This document shows, one piece after another, positions 8,560 through 18,862 of a DNA stretch of 36,793 bases; position 1 is the stretch's first letter; every line of letters starts with the position of its first letter. The notes under the pieces were generated by a model. That model had not been told where the DNA came from and ran no database searches. It saw nothing but the letters and a program-made list of their open reading frames with translations. The stretch covers positions 4,343-41,135 of the forward strand of contig CAYVLB010000001.1 in the NCBI GenBank assembly GCA_964452325.1, in the 5' to 3' direction. The stretch is from an uncultured Sphingobacteriales bacterium. Lineage in GTDB: Bacteria; Bacteroidota; Bacteroidia; JAADEI01; JALVCQ01. The translations under genes were made by a program, and so were the position numbers.

Positions 8560-11500
8560 ATGAACAACAAAGGAATTGTCAAGTTTTTGTTGGCTGCTCT
8601 TGTGTTGGTAACCATCTTCCATCTTTCCTTTACGTGGGTGGCACGTCACGTGGAACAAACCGCCGAAGAAGTTTCGGGAGGAGACCCAGCCCTTCGTCGC
8701 CAATATTTAGACTCCATTGCTTTTGAACCGGTTTATAATCTGGGCATCAAGGAATATACCTATCAAGAGGTCAAGGAGCGCGAATTGAATTTGGGGCTCG
8801 ACTTACAAGGTGGGATGCACGTGACCTTAGAGGTCAACGTAGAAGACTTGCTGCGTCGGCTTTCAGACAATAATCCTGACAGTACCTTCCAACAGGCATT
8901 GCGATTAGCTCGTCAGGACATGAAGCATTCCACCCAAGACTTCTTAACCCTTTTCTACAAGCGTTTCAAAGAACTGAACCCTCAAGGGAAGTTGGCCCCC
9001 CTATTTGCCACTCGTGAGAACCGCGATTACATCGACTTCAATTCGTCCGACGAGCAGGTGATCGAATTTCTTCGGAAAGAAATCAACGAATCGATTCAAC
9101 GCACCTACAACATCCTTCAAACGCGAATTGACCGGTTCGGGGTTGCTCAGCCCAATATTCAGCTGCTGGAAGGCAGCAATCGGATCATGATGGACCTGCC
9201 GGGTGTAGACAATCCCCAACGGGTACGTCGCCTTCTTCAACGAACCGCCCACCTGGAGTTTTGGGAAACCTATGAAGCCAAAGACGTCCTTCCGCTATTT
9301 GAAAAAGTCAATGAGGTCATAGCTGCACGGCTCTATCCGTCGGATACCTTATCAACGCCCAGCATCACCGATACCGCCATTGCTACTTCACCACCGGACA
9401 CGCTAACCGACACCACCGAAGACCTTTTGGCAGAGTTAGGTATTCTTGAAGGAACGGATACCTCCGATACCGCTGTTTTGGAATCCATTAGCCCTGAAGA
9501 GGCAATTCGTCGGTATCCGCTCTATCAAGTGCTTTATCCTGCTATTCAACAAACCGAGGAGGGGTCTTTTGCCCAGCCGGGGCCGATCATCGGATACGCT
9601 CTAGCCAAGGACACTGCCAAAGCGAATCAATACCTGTCAATGCCGGAAGTGCGGCGGTTGTTGCCGCGGGATTTGCGATTTGCATGGACTGCCAAGCCGG
9701 TTGATGAAGAAGAAAAGGTTTTTGCGCTCCTTGCCCTGAAGGCTTCAACCCGCCAGGGGGGAGCTGCCCTGAGCGGAAAAGTGGTTACCGATGCCCGAGT
9801 CAGTATCAGCCCCACCGGTGAGCGGGAAGTGCTACTTATGATGAACCCCGAAGGAGCTGAGCGGTGGCGTCAAATCACGCGTAAGAACATTGGTAAATCC
9901 GTGGCAATCGTACTGGATCATCACGTATATTCTTATCCGGTGGTGCAGTCGGAAATATCAGGGGGTTCATCCAGCATCACAGGGAATTTTACGATGGAGG
10001 AAGCCCAAGATCTGGCCAACCTACTTAAATCGGGTAAGTTGCCGTTGCAAGTGGACATCGTGGAAGAAGCTATTGTTGGTCCCACATTGGGGGCAGAAGC
10101 CATTCGACAGGGAATGATTTCGTTAGTGATCGGCTTTTTGTTGGTAATTATTTTGATGGTAGCCTACTATAGCATTGCAGGAGTATTCTCGGTGGTGGCC
10201 TTGATTGCCAACTTGATTTTTATCATCGGTATCCTGGCATCACTGGGGGCATCACTAACATTGCCGGGGATTGCCGGGCTGGTACTTACAGTCGGTATGG
10301 CTGTTGACGCCAACGTGATTATCTACGAACGTATTCGTGAAGAACTCCGGGCCGGTAAGGGGCTGAAGTTGGCGATTGCAGATGGCTACCGCCATGCCTA
10401 CTCGGCCATTATTGATGCTAATGTTACGACCTTGCTGGTTGGAATCGTATTGGCGGTCTTTGGCACCGGGCCCATTCAAGGATTTGCTACCGTACTGATT
10501 ATTGGGATTTTAACCTCACTATTTACCTCTATCTTCATCACGCGCCTACTGATCGATTGGTGGCTGGAAAAAGGTAAGACCGTACAATTTGCTTACAATT
10601 GGAATGCCCATCTATTAGCCCATGTGAACTTTCCCTTCCTGCGCCTCCGAAAAAAAGCATACATCATATCGATCATCATCATTGCAGCAGGCATTGTCTC
10701 TTTCTTTACGCAAGGGCTCAAGCTGGGCGTCGACTTCAAAGGTGGGTATTCTTTTGTTGTCCGACTTGACAAGGAGATCCCAACCCATCAAATTGCAGTG
10801 GAACTTTCGAATGTTTTCGGTGAAAAGCCTGCTGTTACGACCTTTGACCGCTCCGACCAAGTACGCATCACTACATCTTATCTGCTTGACAGCGACGCAC
10901 CCGATGCCCAACAACAAGTGGAAACGCTTATCAAAGATCGGTTGAAACAACAATGGAATGCAACCGTACAGGTGTTAAGTAGTCAGAAAGTGGGGCCAAC
11001 CATTGCCGAAGATATTAAAGCGGCAGCTACATGGGCAGTAACTGTCTCCTTATTATTAGTTTTCATCTATATCTTTATTCGATTTCAACGCTGGCAATTT
11101 GGCTTGGGAGCCATTGTGGCATTGATTCACGATGTATTGATTATTATCTCGATGTTTTCGTTGCTCAAGGGCCTACCCTTTTTCTCGCTGGATGTGGATC
11201 AAGCCTTTATTGCAGCGGTACTGACAATTGTAGGATATTCGATCAACGACACGGTGGTAGTTTTCGATCGCATCCGGGAACAACTCCAAGTGCGACGCCA
11301 GATCACCTTTCTTGATTCGGTGAACAGGGCCCTTAACGAAACCCTATCTCGTACCCTTATCACCTCGCTGACAACGTTTATAGTGGTGCTCATATTGTTT
11401 GTCTTGGGTGGTGAGACGATTCGCAACTTTTCCTTTGCCTTACTCATCGGGATTATTTCGGGAACTTATTCATCGTTGTTTATCGCGGCACCTATTATGG

Positions 11501-11571
11501 TCGACCTCGGTAGAGAAAAATTGGGTGAAAAAGCAACACGCCGTACATCGGCAAGTTCCTCGCAAAAATGA
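8560..11571 (+). CDS. secDF: Fused protein translocase subunit SecDF
   Basis: ORF 8554..11571, about 1000 aa. The SecD part has LGLDLQGGMHVTLEV and the periplasmic P1 head. Two 6-TM blocks carry LPGIAGLVLTVGMAVDANVIIYERIREE and VGYSINDTVVVFDRIRE. I chose ATG 8560 because the track start is TTG 8554. Confidence 0.93.
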   Translation: MNNKGIVKFLLAALVLVTIFHLSFTWVARHVEQTAEEVSGGDPALRRQYLDSIAFEPVYNLGIKEYTYQEVKERELNLGLDLQGGMHVTLEVNVEDLLRRLSDNNPDSTFQQALRLARQDMKHSTQDFLTLFYKRFKELNPQGKLAPLFATRENRDYIDFNSSDEQVIEFLRKEINESIQRTYNILQTRIDRFGVAQPNIQLLEGSNRIMMDLPGVDNPQRVRRLLQRTAHLEFWETYEAKDVLPLFEKVNEVIAARLYPSDTLSTPSITDTAIATSPPDTLTDTTEDLLAELGILEGTDTSDTAVLESISPEEAIRRYPLYQVLYPAIQQTEEGSFAQPGPIIGYALAKDTAKANQYLSMPEVRRLLPRDLRFAWTAKPVDEEEKVFALLALKASTRQGGAALSGKVVTDARVSISPTGEREVLLMMNPEGAERWRQITRKNIGKSVAIVLDHHVYSYPVVQSEISGGSSSITGNFTMEEAQDLANLLKSGKLPLQVDIVEEAIVGPTLGAEAIRQGMISLVIGFLLVIILMVAYYSIAGVFSVVALIANLIFIIGILASLGASLTLPGIAGLVLTVGMAVDANVIIYERIREELRAGKGLKLAIADGYRHAYSAIIDANVTTLLVGIVLAVFGTGPIQGFATVLIIGILTSLFTSIFITRLLIDWWLEKGKTVQFAYNWNAHLLAHVNFPFLRLRKKAYIISIIIIAAGIVSFFTQGLKLGVDFKGGYSFVVRLDKEIPTHQIAVELSNVFGEKPAVTTFDRSDQVRITTSYLLDSDAPDAQQQVETLIKDRLKQQWNATVQVLSSQKVGPTIAEDIKAAATWAVTVSLLLVFIYIFIRFQRWQFGLGAIVALIHDVLIIISMFSLLKGLPFFSLDVDQAFIAAVLTIVGYSINDTVVVFDRIREQLQVRRQITFLDSVNRALNETLSRTLITSLTTFIVVLILFVLGGETIRNFSFALLIGIISGTYSSLFIAAPIMVDLGREKLGEKATRRTSASSSQK

Positions 11572-11774
11572 GACGACGTTTTCGATGGGAAATGATCGGA
11601 GCGATATTGGGGGCAATCGGGGGGTGGCTCTATTGGTATTTTTGGGGATGCACGGAGGGATGTCCCCTCCGATCAAACTGGTATGTGATGGTACCTTACA
11701 GTATGGTTTTGGGTGGATTGGCAGCTTCCCTTATCCATGATTTCATCCGCCTGCGTCGCACGAAAAGTCGCTAA
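11568..11774 (+). CDS. Small two-TM membrane protein with a GCxxGCP motif (DUF6132-like)
   Basis: 68 aa: IGAILGAIGGWLYWYFWGCTEGCPLRSNWYVMVPYSMVLGGL. This matches my memory of the Bacteroidota DUF6132 pattern (GxxxGxxYYxxxGCxxGxCPIxSxP). Its ATG overlaps the secDF TGA (ATGA at 11568-11571). Confidence 0.5.
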   Translation: MRRRFRWEMIGAILGAIGGWLYWYFWGCTEGCPLRSNWYVMVPYSMVLGGLAASLIHDFIRLRRTKSR

Positions 11775-11783
11775 ACGTATCTC

Positions 11784-12239
11784 ATGGATGTACGGACCTC
11801 AACGATGGAAATAACCACCAATGGATACACCGAATTGATCGACCTGACCCCCAAAATTGAAGCAATTATTCGAAGGGAAGGATTTGACGAAGGTATGGCG
11901 GGCGTCTTTGCCATCGGTTCGACGTGTGCCATTTCAACGATTGAATATGAGCCCGGACTTATTCATCATGACATCCGCAACTTCTGGGAACAACTAGCTC
12001 CTTACCATCACCCCTATCACCATAACCGTACATGGGGGGATAATAATGGCGCAGCACATATTCGATCGTTCCTCACAGGCACCTCCCAAATATTTCCATG
12101 TGTGAACGGAAAGCTCTTATTGGGCACGTGGCAGCAAATTGTGTTGATCGATTACGACACACAGCCGCGCCATCGCAGAATTATCATTCAGTTGATCGGA
12201 CACTTTAAAAGCGCTTTATCACCTCATTCGTCTGATTAG
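11784..12239 (+). CDS. yjbQ: YjbQ/UPF0047 family protein (secondary thiamine-phosphate synthase-like)
   Basis: Typical UPF0047 motifs are present: TELIDLT, MAGVFAIGSTCAISTIEYEPGL, DNNGAAHIRSFLTGTS, GKLLLGTWQQIVLIDYD. An alternative start is ATG 11805. Confidence 0.8.
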   Translation: MDVRTSTMEITTNGYTELIDLTPKIEAIIRREGFDEGMAGVFAIGSTCAISTIEYEPGLIHHDIRNFWEQLAPYHHPYHHNRTWGDNNGAAHIRSFLTGTSQIFPCVNGKLLLGTWQQIVLIDYDTQPRHRRIIIQLIGHFKSALSPHSSD

Positions 12240-12651
12240 GATACACACGAACCGTATCAATATATAATTTGTAATAATAACCCAACACATTGTCATAGTC
12301 CACATACCCATGATTGGTACATACCGTATCTACCTTACATAAACAGTTGAATTGAACACGGTACCAGTAAACCCCTTCGGGCAAGACAAAAGAAAACACT
12401 TGATTGGTAGTATTCCCGCGTCGTTTTTCAAGCACGTTTCCCCCATTCTGATCGAGGTCTTCTTTTGACTCATCAATCCACAGCTCGAATTCAATGGCAT
12501 CCTCGCCATTGGTAAAGCATTGAAATTGGTCAAAGATTACCGCAAACTTTAGCTTTCCCGATGCTCGATCATCTGGCCGCCGGCACCCCTTTCCTCCCAT
12601 CATCCCCGCTACTGTCAACAATACCCATATCACCCATCTATATACTTTCAT
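12205..12651 (-). CDS. Hypothetical lipoprotein
   Basis: ORF 12205..12669 (track start TTG). ATG 12651 gives MKVYRWVIWVLLTVAGMMGGKGC, a signal peptide with a Cys. I recognise no domain. It overlaps the E2 stop by 14 nt and converges on the yjbQ 3' end with a 35-nt overlap. Confidence 0.5.
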   Translation of the reverse strand: MKVYRWVIWVLLTVAGMMGGKGCRRPDDRASGKLKFAVIFDQFQCFTNGEDAIEFELWIDESKEDLDQNGGNVLEKRRGNTTNQVFSFVLPEGVYWYRVQFNCLCKVDTVCTNHGYVDYDNVLGYYYKLYIDTVRVYPNQTNEVIKRF

Positions 12652-14023
12652 CTCCTTTAAAGTGTTCAAGATAGTCGGCTACTCGCCGTACAAAGCTCCC
12701 TCCTAGCATTCCATCCACCACACGATGGTCATAGGAATGCGATAGGAACATCTTATGTCGAATGGCAATGACATCTCCTTGCGGTGTTTCAAGCACTGCC
12801 GGCACTTTACGAATAGCCCCTGTGGCTAAAATAGCCACCTGGGGCTGATTGATCACAGGTGTTCCCATTACGTTGCCAAACGTACCTACATTAGTCAACG
12901 TAAACGTGCCTCCTTGAATTTCATCTGGTTTCAGTTTGTTTTCACGCGACCGCCGTGCCAAATCATTGACTTTCTTGGCTAATCCCCGCAGATTATATTG
13001 ATCGGCATCATGAATAACGGGTACGATAAGATTGCCATTTGGCAGGGCCACTGCCATTCCAATGTTAATCCGATGATGTTTGATAACCTTATCTCCAGCC
13101 ACCGATACGTTCACCATCGGGAAGTCCTGAATCGCCCGCACTACCGCCCAGATAAAAATCGGTGTAAATGTGAGTTTTTCCTTTTCCTCGGCCTCGAACT
13201 TCTTCTTTTGAGCGTTGCGCCACATCACGACGGATGTCATATCTGCTTCGACGAATGAGGTCACATGCGGCGAAACATGTTTAGACAGAACCATGTGTTC
13301 AGCAATGAGCCGCCGCATTCGATCCATTTCGATGATTTCATCACCCGGGAACACAGGTACTTCAAGCGTTTTACCCACGATCGTTGGGACTTTGAACACC
13401 TGCCCTTCCTGCGTGGGTTTTCCAACAGGTGTCACCGATGGTTCCGAAGGGGCGGGCGTTGAAGGTAGCGTACCAGATGAACGCTTTTTCAGATACGCCA
13501 AAATATCCTTCTTTGTAACCCTACCTCCTCGTCCTGAACCGGGTATTTGTTCAAGCTCCGTCATCGAGATACCTTCTCGCCGAGCAATGTTCAGCACCAA
13601 TGGCGAGAAAAAGCGTCCATTTGAACGGTTTTTGACACTACTTGGATCCCCAGCAAGGGCAGGTTCGGGAATTGGCGCAGGCGAAGCATCTTCTTTTGCC
13701 GGTGTAGCATGGGCAGCAGCGGAAGGTTCCTCCCCTGAAGTTTCGATCACTGGGACATCTTCTTCCACCTCATCAGTGGTTTCAATAATCGCAATAGGAT
13801 CGCCTACCGGCACCACCTCATCGGGTTGCTTCAAAACCTGGACAATCACGCCATTCACCGGTGACGGGACTTCACTATCCACTTTATCTGTCGAAATCTC
13901 TACAATGGGTTCGTCCATTTCCACTGCTTCGCCCTCTTGCTTGAGCCAGTTCAAAATCGTGGCCTCATGAACGCTTTCTCCCAAGCGCGGCAACAATACT
14001 TGAATTTTCTTTTTCACAGCCAT
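12638..14023 (-). CDS. 2-oxoacid dehydrogenase complex E2 component (dihydrolipoamide acyltransferase)
   Basis: It has a lipoyl domain (VEISTDKVDSEVPSPVNG), an Ala/Pro linker, an E3-binding domain (FFSPLVLNIARREGI) and a catalytic domain ending in LSHSYDHRVVDG. Substrate class cannot be assigned from sequence alone. Confidence 0.9.
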   Translation of the reverse strand: MAVKKKIQVLLPRLGESVHEATILNWLKQEGEAVEMDEPIVEISTDKVDSEVPSPVNGVIVQVLKQPDEVVPVGDPIAIIETTDEVEEDVPVIETSGEEPSAAAHATPAKEDASPAPIPEPALAGDPSSVKNRSNGRFFSPLVLNIARREGISMTELEQIPGSGRGGRVTKKDILAYLKKRSSGTLPSTPAPSEPSVTPVGKPTQEGQVFKVPTIVGKTLEVPVFPGDEIIEMDRMRRLIAEHMVLSKHVSPHVTSFVEADMTSVVMWRNAQKKKFEAEEKEKLTFTPIFIWAVVRAIQDFPMVNVSVAGDKVIKHHRINIGMAVALPNGNLIVPVIHDADQYNLRGLAKKVNDLARRSRENKLKPDEIQGGTFTLTNVGTFGNVMGTPVINQPQVAILATGAIRKVPAVLETPQGDVIAIRHKMFLSHSYDHRVVDGMLGGSFVRRVADYLEHFKGDESI

Positions 14024-14052
14024 GGGACTACACGCATTGCCTTTGGTATCAG

Positions 14053-14060
14053 CAAATTTA
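14053..14060 (-). promoter_or_regulatory. Putative -7 box (TAAATTTG) for the E2 gene
   Basis: The minus strand reads TAAATTTG, 29 nt upstream of ATG 14023, in the 81-bp lipB-E2 spacer. Confidence 0.4.
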
Positions 14061-14104
14061 GTGTTTGAAGCATCAACCCTTGATGGGGCAAGACATTGGT
14101 ACGG

Positions 14105-14818
14105 TTAACAGGGTGCCCACTCCGGAAGATTCGGGTGCCATTGGAGTTGGGCTTCAAAGTGCCGGGCAAGGTGGTAAGCTACTCGTTGACGTACCTTGTC
14201 AAAGTCGATGGTTCTACCCAGTTCTCTGGCCATCGAAGTTACTTCTTTATTTGCAATGCCACAAGGAATGATTAATTGAAAATATTGCAAGTCGGTATTG
14301 ACATTCAAAGCAAAGCCGTGCATGGTGATCCATCGGCTGATGCGCACGCCCATCGCACAGATTTTGCGGGCTCGGTGGGGGCGGTCTATATTCACCCACA
14401 CCCCTGTCAGTCCTTCAATGCGACCCGCTTTGATTCCCCATTCCGCCAGCGCATCAATAATCACTTGTTCAATCATCCGCATATACCATCGCACATCTCG
14501 CCGCCACCGCGTCAAATCCAAAATAGGATATCCAACCAGCTGGCCGGGTCCATGATATGTAATATCGCCCCCCCGATTGGTCCGGTAAAACTCGATGCCC
14601 CGTTCCATTAACCGCTGCTCATTTACCAGCAGATTTTGTATGTGACCGCTTTTACCCAACGTATACACATGGGGATGCTCTACCGTAAGGAAAAAGTGGG
14701 TGGAAGGAACCTTACCCTGCCGTTGACACTCCCACAGATGCTGATGCAAATGTTCTTGTAGGTTCCAAGCAGGGCGATATGCCATTTGTCCCAAATGCGT
14801 TGCCCAGATGCGTTCCAT
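14105..14818 (-). CDS. lipB: Octanoyltransferase (lipoyl(octanoyl) transferase)
   Basis: ORF 14105..14824 (GTG start in the track). ATG 14818 gives MERIWATHLGQMAYRPAWNLQ. Supporting motifs: EHPHVYTLG, RGGDITYHGPGQLVGYPIL, KICAMGVRISRWITMHGFALNV. Confidence 0.9.
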   Translation of the reverse strand: MERIWATHLGQMAYRPAWNLQEHLHQHLWECQRQGKVPSTHFFLTVEHPHVYTLGKSGHIQNLLVNEQRLMERGIEFYRTNRGGDITYHGPGQLVGYPILDLTRWRRDVRWYMRMIEQVIIDALAEWGIKAGRIEGLTGVWVNIDRPHRARKICAMGVRISRWITMHGFALNVNTDLQYFQLIIPCGIANKEVTSMARELGRTIDFDKVRQRVAYHLARHFEAQLQWHPNLPEWAPC

Positions 14819-14863
14819 CGGCACTCAAAGGTTCACACGAAGGTACGCAGCCACACACCAACG

Positions 14864-16684
14864 TTAGCGACCATATTCCAATAAGAATTGTTCGGCTTTT
14901 CGAAAAAAATCCAATCGGTTGGCAGGTACAACAAATCCGTGCCCTTCATTCGCATACTCTACGTATTGTACAGGATGCCCCCGACGTCGAAGGGATTCGA
15001 CAATCTGCAGGCTTTCCTGGCGCTTGACGCGGGGGTCATTCGCTCCCTGTGCTACTAACAACGGTGCGCGCATCATCTTAACATGAAAGAAAGGGGACCG
15101 CTGACGAAGAAGTTCCGCATCGTTTTGGGGATGTCCTACATAATGATATAACATCGTCCGATAGGACTGCCAATAAGGCGGCAAGCTGTCGAGGAATGTA
15201 AAAAGATTGGAAGGGCCGACAATATCCACCCCGCTTTTGAAACGGTCTGGATAAAAAGCCAACGCCGCTAACGTAGAATAGCCGCCAAAAGACCCTCCCA
15301 GAACAGACACCCGCGACGGGTCAGCCAACCCTTGTGCCAACAGATCATCTACCCCATCCACCACGTCATCGAGCATCTTTCCTCCCCACTCCTTAATCGA
15401 CTTCTCAATAAAATCCCGCCCATATCCTATTGAACCCCGAAAATTTACTTGTATGATGGCAAATCCCCGATTCGCCAACCACTGCACGATCGGTTCAAAT
15501 CCCCAATAGTCCCGATGCCAAGGCCCCCCATGAATGTAAGCCACAAGGGGGGAGCTGTTGCTTGGATTGCGGGGCGTTGTCAGATATCCTTCCACTTCCA
15601 GGCCATCCCGTGCTCGAAAACGGAATGGCTCACGGACATGCAATTCATACCGTTCCAACTTCGGACGGGATCGATATAAAAGCCGAACTTCGCCAGAGTC
15701 TCGATCAAACAAATGATAACGAATTGATTGCTGATCACCTTCTATTGCCACCACCCACAAACGACCCCGAAGGTCTTGATTAATCACATAAAACTGGCGT
15801 CCCGCTGCTTTTTCCCGAAGCAATTCAAAAGTAGACCTGTAAGTATCGTCAAGAACGATCCAATCTTGGGTGGTACCCGTGATCGCTACTGCCAATGGAC
15901 TCAACGCCCCCGGTGCAAATATCAATGGTTCTTCCCGTACAGCAATTCCTACATCATATTTGGGATGCGAAGCCAACACCGTTTGATGTCTCGAATCAAG
16001 ACTAACCGCTACCAGCTGTGCCGTATTGGACTGCAGGGTGCTCCGCAAATAAAGCCGCGCTCCCCGCACGGCAATCGGCAACGTCGATAAAACATTTTCG
16101 ACTCCCCAACGCAGTAGCACCTTCCACTGTCCTCCTTGCCATATTCGCACCTCGGCCCCCCCATCTGGCAACATTCGATAAGCTCCACGAAGCTGGAGGT
16201 ATTCATCCACCAACCATTCCGTTGCCGCTATGTGGTTTTCCATCACCCGCTCCAGACGCCCAGTTTCTAAATCCACTTGGTAGAGATCATGCCAGCGGGG
16301 ATCTCGGTCATTCAACGCCACCATAACCCGAGTTGGGTGATGGGGTGAAATAGCCACAATACGGGCTTGAACTTGCATACCGGGTGTTAGGAGACGTGGG
16401 GTTCCATCTGGAATGCTTATCGAACAAATTCTCCAGTTCTCATCGCCATCGGTATCTTGAATCGTGAGAAGATGGCGACCATCATAACTCCACACATAGT
16501 CTTGGATTCCCCGCCCCTTAACAGTCGTCAAGGGACGCGCCCTCCCCGTCGCTACCGGTGCAATCCACACATTCGAATGCCCTCGATACGGCCGAATCAT
16601 TGCTAACCATCGGCCATCCGGCGAAATCCGAACCTTTTGTACCTCAGGATCGCCGAACAGCAATTCCAAAGGTATATACCTCAT
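14864..16684 (-). CDS. S9-family serine peptidase (prolyl oligopeptidase / acylaminoacyl-peptidase type)
   Basis: It has an N-terminal beta-propeller-like region (ISPDGRWLA, WSYDGRHLL). The C-terminal alpha/beta hydrolase part has HGGPW, the nucleophile elbow GGSFGGYS, AQGANDPRV and EGHGF. Confidence 0.85.
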   Translation of the reverse strand: MRYIPLELLFGDPEVQKVRISPDGRWLAMIRPYRGHSNVWIAPVATGRARPLTTVKGRGIQDYVWSYDGRHLLTIQDTDGDENWRICSISIPDGTPRLLTPGMQVQARIVAISPHHPTRVMVALNDRDPRWHDLYQVDLETGRLERVMENHIAATEWLVDEYLQLRGAYRMLPDGGAEVRIWQGGQWKVLLRWGVENVLSTLPIAVRGARLYLRSTLQSNTAQLVAVSLDSRHQTVLASHPKYDVGIAVREEPLIFAPGALSPLAVAITGTTQDWIVLDDTYRSTFELLREKAAGRQFYVINQDLRGRLWVVAIEGDQQSIRYHLFDRDSGEVRLLYRSRPKLERYELHVREPFRFRARDGLEVEGYLTTPRNPSNSSPLVAYIHGGPWHRDYWGFEPIVQWLANRGFAIIQVNFRGSIGYGRDFIEKSIKEWGGKMLDDVVDGVDDLLAQGLADPSRVSVLGGSFGGYSTLAALAFYPDRFKSGVDIVGPSNLFTFLDSLPPYWQSYRTMLYHYVGHPQNDAELLRQRSPFFHVKMMRAPLLVAQGANDPRVKRQESLQIVESLRRRGHPVQYVEYANEGHGFVVPANRLDFFRKAEQFLLEYGR

Positions 16685-16694
16685 CGACAGTTAC

Positions 16695-18245
16695 TTATCG
16701 CAATCCCCAATTTCCCCTATCCAAGCTACGGTACTGGATCGCTTCTGCCAGATGCGTTGTGCGAATGAGCTCGCTACCATCAAGGTCTGCAATTGTACGG
16801 GCGGTTTTAAGAATACGATCTTGGGCACGGGCCGAGAGTTGAAGGCGTTCCATAGCAGTTTTCAATAACTGCTCGCCAGTGTCATCAAGTCGGCAGTACC
16901 GACGCATCAATTGAGGAGACATCATCGCATTGGAATAGACGGTCGGTTCATGAGCAAAACGTTGTTGCTGGACCTGGCGTGCTCGGAGCACACGTTCCCG
17001 AATCTGTTCAGAAGTTTCTTCATGCCGATCTTTATCCCGCAGGTGCTGAAACGAAACGGGTTGGACTTCCAGTTGGATATCAATCCGATCAAGGAGCGGG
17101 CCCGAGATGCGCGACACATATTTTCGAATAGCTTGAGGCGTGCAAGTACATTCCTTCTCTGGATGTGTATAATAGCCGCAAGGACACGGATTCATTGATG
17201 CCACCAACATAAAATTGGCTGGATAGTTAACAGTGTACCTCGACCTCGAGATGGTGATAATGCGATCCTCCAATGGCTGTCGGAGCACTTCTAAGCTGCT
17301 TCGCTTGAACTCTGGCAATTCATCCAAAAAAAGCACACCGTGGTGTGCCAACGAGATTTCGCCCGGCATTGGAGGGGTGCCCCCACCCACCAGTGCCACA
17401 TCACTAATGGTGTGATGTGGTGCTCGAAAGGGGCGTTCAACCACCAAAGGAAGTTCGTGCTGGGCAAGTAGACCCGCTACCGAATGAATTTTAGTGGTTT
17501 CAAGCGCTTCCTTCAACGTCATTGGTGGTAGGATAAATGGCACCCTTCGTGCCAACATTGTTTTCCCAGCACCCGGTGGGCCAATCATCAAGACATTATG
17601 ACCACCAGCCACTGCAATCTCCAACGCGCGCTTTACCACAGCCTGCCCCCGTACATCCGCAAAGTCTAGCCGGACACGCTCCAACAACTCCGCTACCGCT
17701 GCTTCATAAGAATATTGGGTGGGCGCTAACGTATAGGTGCCATTGAGAAAATCCACTGCTTCTCGAATATGCCCGACCCCATACACCTCCAGGCCTTCCA
17801 CAATGGCGGCTTCGTGGGCATTGGCTTTGGGAAGAATCAATGATGAAAAGCCATGCTTTCGGGCTTCCACAGCAATCGGTAATACGCCTCGAATTGGCAT
17901 CACCGATCCTTCCAGGGAAAGCTCACCCATGATAATATAACGGTCGAGCCTTTCAGAATTGATAACACCTTCACCCGCCAACATCCCCACTGCTATGGGC
18001 AAATCATAAGCTGCGCCCTCTTTACGAATATCTGCCGGTGCCAGATTCACAACGATTTTTCGAGGTGGTAATGCCAGCCCTGCATTTTTAAGGGCAGTTT
18101 CAATCCGCTGTTGACCCTCACGAACCGCACTATCCGGCAATCCTACCATGAAGAACTTAAATCCCCGGCGGTCCACATCCACTTCAATGGTGATAATGTG
18201 TCCTTGCAAACCCAAGAGTGCACACCCATATGTCTTAACAATCAT
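16695..18245 (-). CDS. comM: YifB/ComM family Mg-chelatase-like AAA+ ATPase
   Basis: Supporting features: an N-terminal Lon-protease-like domain, Walker [23 protein letters not shown], the CPCGY zinc-ribbon-like motif and a C-terminal ...[21 protein letters not shown]. Confidence 0.92.
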   Translation of the reverse strand: MIVKTYGCALLGLQGHIITIEVDVDRRGFKFFMVGLPDSAVREGQQRIETALKNAGLALPPRKIVVNLAPADIRKEGAAYDLPIAVGMLAGEGVINSERLDRYIIMGELSLEGSVMPIRGVLPIAVEARKHGFSSLILPKANAHEAAIVEGLEVYGVGHIREAVDFLNGTYTLAPTQYSYEAAVAELLERVRLDFADVRGQAVVKRALEIAVAGGHNVLMIGPPGAGKTMLARRVPFILPPMTLKEALETTKIHSVAGLLAQHELPLVVERPFRAPHHTISDVALVGGGTPPMPGEISLAHHGVLFLDELPEFKRSSLEVLRQPLEDRIITISRSRYTVNYPANFMLVASMNPCPCGYYTHPEKECTCTPQAIRKYVSRISGPLLDRIDIQLEVQPVSFQHLRDKDRHEETSEQIRERVLRARQVQQQRFAHEPTVYSNAMMSPQLMRRYCRLDDTGEQLLKTAMERLQLSARAQDRILKTARTIADLDGSELIRTTHLAEAIQYRSLDRGNWGLR

Positions 18246-18862
18246 TGGCGTTTATGTTTTGTAGGGTCTATGATTCTTTCTCCTGCCCAAACCGGGAAGG
18301 GAAGCGAGTTGGCAGATGGCGGCGCCATGCAGCTATATTGGTCGGAATAGGCACAATAGGGATGGGTAGCCAAGTTGAAATCTACGATTAATCGTCCCGT
18401 GTCATAAGGAATATCCAGATATCTGCCCCCTCCATAGGTCGTCTGCCCATTGGTAGCATCATAAAACGGGAGAAAAAAAGCCGAATCGTCCCCCGCCTCG
18501 GTTAAGAACAAGTGGAGCCGCAAAGTATCGCCTTGCCATGGCAACAGGAGGAAACCCCACCATCGAAGCGAATCTGCCGTTCCATCCGAATACTCAAATC
18601 GGTAAAAACGTGACATCGGCAACGGGGATACCTCAGCTACTATCCGATAAAGAGGATTATAAGGAAAAAAAAGCGAATCCCATACATAGTGAGGTCGAAG
18701 CACAATCGGCACCGGCGAATTGGGATTATCCCGCAAAAAACGCCGATATGCTTCCTGAAAACGAAGGGCATCTGTCCGATATGGATCCTCACGGCAGCTC
18801 ATCCCAATCCACAGTATCACACTAAGGAAGCAAAGGAACCTCCACTGCTTGTAATACTTCAT
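18242..18862 (-). CDS. DUF1684-domain lipoprotein
   Basis: The C-terminal ...[44 protein letters not shown] matches the DUF1684 motif as I remember it. ATG 18862 gives [23 protein letters not shown]. The track start 18895 lies further upstream, and ATG 18802 is possible. Its stop overlaps the comM ATG (ATGA at 18242-18245). Confidence 0.6.
   Translation of the reverse strand: MKYYKQWRFLCFLSVILWIGMSCREDPYRTDALRFQEAYRRFLRDNPNSPVPIVLRPHYVWDSLFFPYNPLYRIVAEVSPLPMSRFYRFEYSDGTADSLRWWGFLLLPWQGDTLRLHLFLTEAGDDSAFFLPFYDATNGQTTYGGGRYLDIPYDTGRLIVDFNLATHPYCAYSDQYSCMAPPSANSLPFPVWAGERIIDPTKHKRQ

Noticed and set aside
13215-13970. A 251-aa plus-strand ORF is antisense to the E2 gene.
   Set aside because: Its sequence is low-complexity and Ser/Gly/Thr/Pro-rich, mirroring the Ala/Pro linker and biased codons of E2. 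It has no start context or promoter box, and the E2 frame carries clear lipoyl, PSBD and catalytic motifs.
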